Below are positions 63,283 through 64,000 of a stretch of 64,000 nt of DNA, piece by piece (positions within the stretch are counted from its first letter, which is position 1; the number at the start of each line of letters is the position of its first letter). The notes under the pieces were generated by a model, which saw only the letters and a list, made by a program, of their open reading frames with translations, searched no databases and was not told the origin of the DNA. Location: positions 2,080,001 through 2,144,000 of the forward strand of contig CAVWGN010000001.1 in NCBI GenBank assembly GCA_963754655.1. The letters are read 5' to 3'. The translations under genes were made by a program, and so were the position numbers. The DNA comes from an uncultured Chlamydiae bacterium (GTDB lineage Bacteria > Chlamydiota > Chlamydiia > Chlamydiales > Parachlamydiaceae).

Positions 63283-63311
63283 AAGATATCTTAATTGAAG
63301 CTTTTTGTCAA
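63283..63311 (-). promoter_or_regulatory. Candidate promoter of tRNA-Leu
   Basis: TTGACA-N17-TATCTT on the minus strand. Confidence 0.6.
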
Positions 63312-63481
63312 TTCTATTATCCTTGATTTCTCATTTAAGTGATTTCAATCTATAAATATTCAATTTTGCAAAAAAATTCATCTTTATTACATATGCAACT
63401 TTTATAAAAAGCTGGATATGGTGTAATCTTTGCATTTTATTAATATCTTTTTGCTATTTTGTCTAAAAAGTTATAACATTC

Positions 63482-64000
63482 ATGTCATTATTCTTTATGT
63501 CTATGAACATATTTTGCTTTTATTTTCTTCTTAGTGCTTTTTTTCTTTCTTACCCCATGTATTCAATAGGGTCAGAAAATTATCCACAAGCATTGTCAAT
63601 CAGTCAAATGACTGAGGTGACATTAAAAAATGGGCTTCGCGTTTGCCTTCAAAAATCAGATTTAGAGCCTAAAGAATTTGACTTTCAACTTTTTTCAGTG
63701 GGCGGTTTAGCAAGTTTGCCTATTATGGATCAACCCTCAGCTTGGTTAGCAGCAGAAATTGCATGGGAGTCTGGTTTAGATCAATTAACAGGTGACGAAT
63801 TAGCGTGCGCCCTAGATAATCATTCAGTAGAAATGAAGATTAAACTCGGTCTCTTTGATCGGCAAATTGCAGCTACAGGACCGACAACAGAACTTGCCTA
63901 TTGTTTGCGATTAACACAATTGCTTTTTACCCATCCGCAGTTCACAGAAAATGGAATAAAAGAAGCGTTGACCCATGCCCGTCAATGTCTCCAAAAAAAA
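63482..64000 (+). CDS. M16-family (PqqL/insulinase-like) peptidase, 5' part (runs off the window)
   Basis: Open frame from 63482: signal-like N-terminus, then VTLKNGLRVCLQKSD...FSVGG...ESGL...LLFTHP. Confidence 0.7.
   Translation, partial: MSLFFMSMNIFCFYFLLSAFFLSYPMYSIGSENYPQALSISQMTEVTLKNGLRVCLQKSDLEPKEFDFQLFSVGGLASLPIMDQPSAWLAAEIAWESGLDQLTGDELACALDNHSVEMKIKLGLFDRQIAATGPTTELAYCLRLTQLLFTHPQFTENGIKEALTHARQCLQKK

Overview
This is AT-rich bacterial chromosomal DNA. Gene content and order (rpmE-prfA-prmC-ffh-rpsP-trmD-rplS-rnhB; tadA, rpsO-pnp, ftsH-tilS, lptFG) plus many eukaryote-like effector genes suggest an environmental chlamydia (Parachlamydiaceae/Protochlamydia-like; inference). Housekeeping blocks are interleaved with a ubiquitin-manipulation toolkit: a tandem F-box/LRR array, two more F-box proteins, a tandem pair of OTU-like deubiquitinases with long helical inserts, and a RING-H2 ligase. 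Two tRNAs (Ser-TGA, Leu-TAG) each have a large-serine-recombinase C-terminal remnant reading into their 3' end. There are also decayed Fic and VapBC genes and an IS481-family element. The most striking unexplained structure is a family of non-coding, modular, nested fold-back elements (300-630 bp palindromes at ~16.0, 29.1, 30.7, 41.0, 44.4 and 58.2-61.1 kb, plus solo end modules). They have REP-like cores and shared (A/C/T)GGG(T/C)GT termini. Several have 8-9 bp flanking direct repeats, modules are shuffled between loci, and copy-specific mutations are mirrored in both arms. No mobilising enzyme for them is visible in the window. All product calls come from motif recognition by eye, not database searches.
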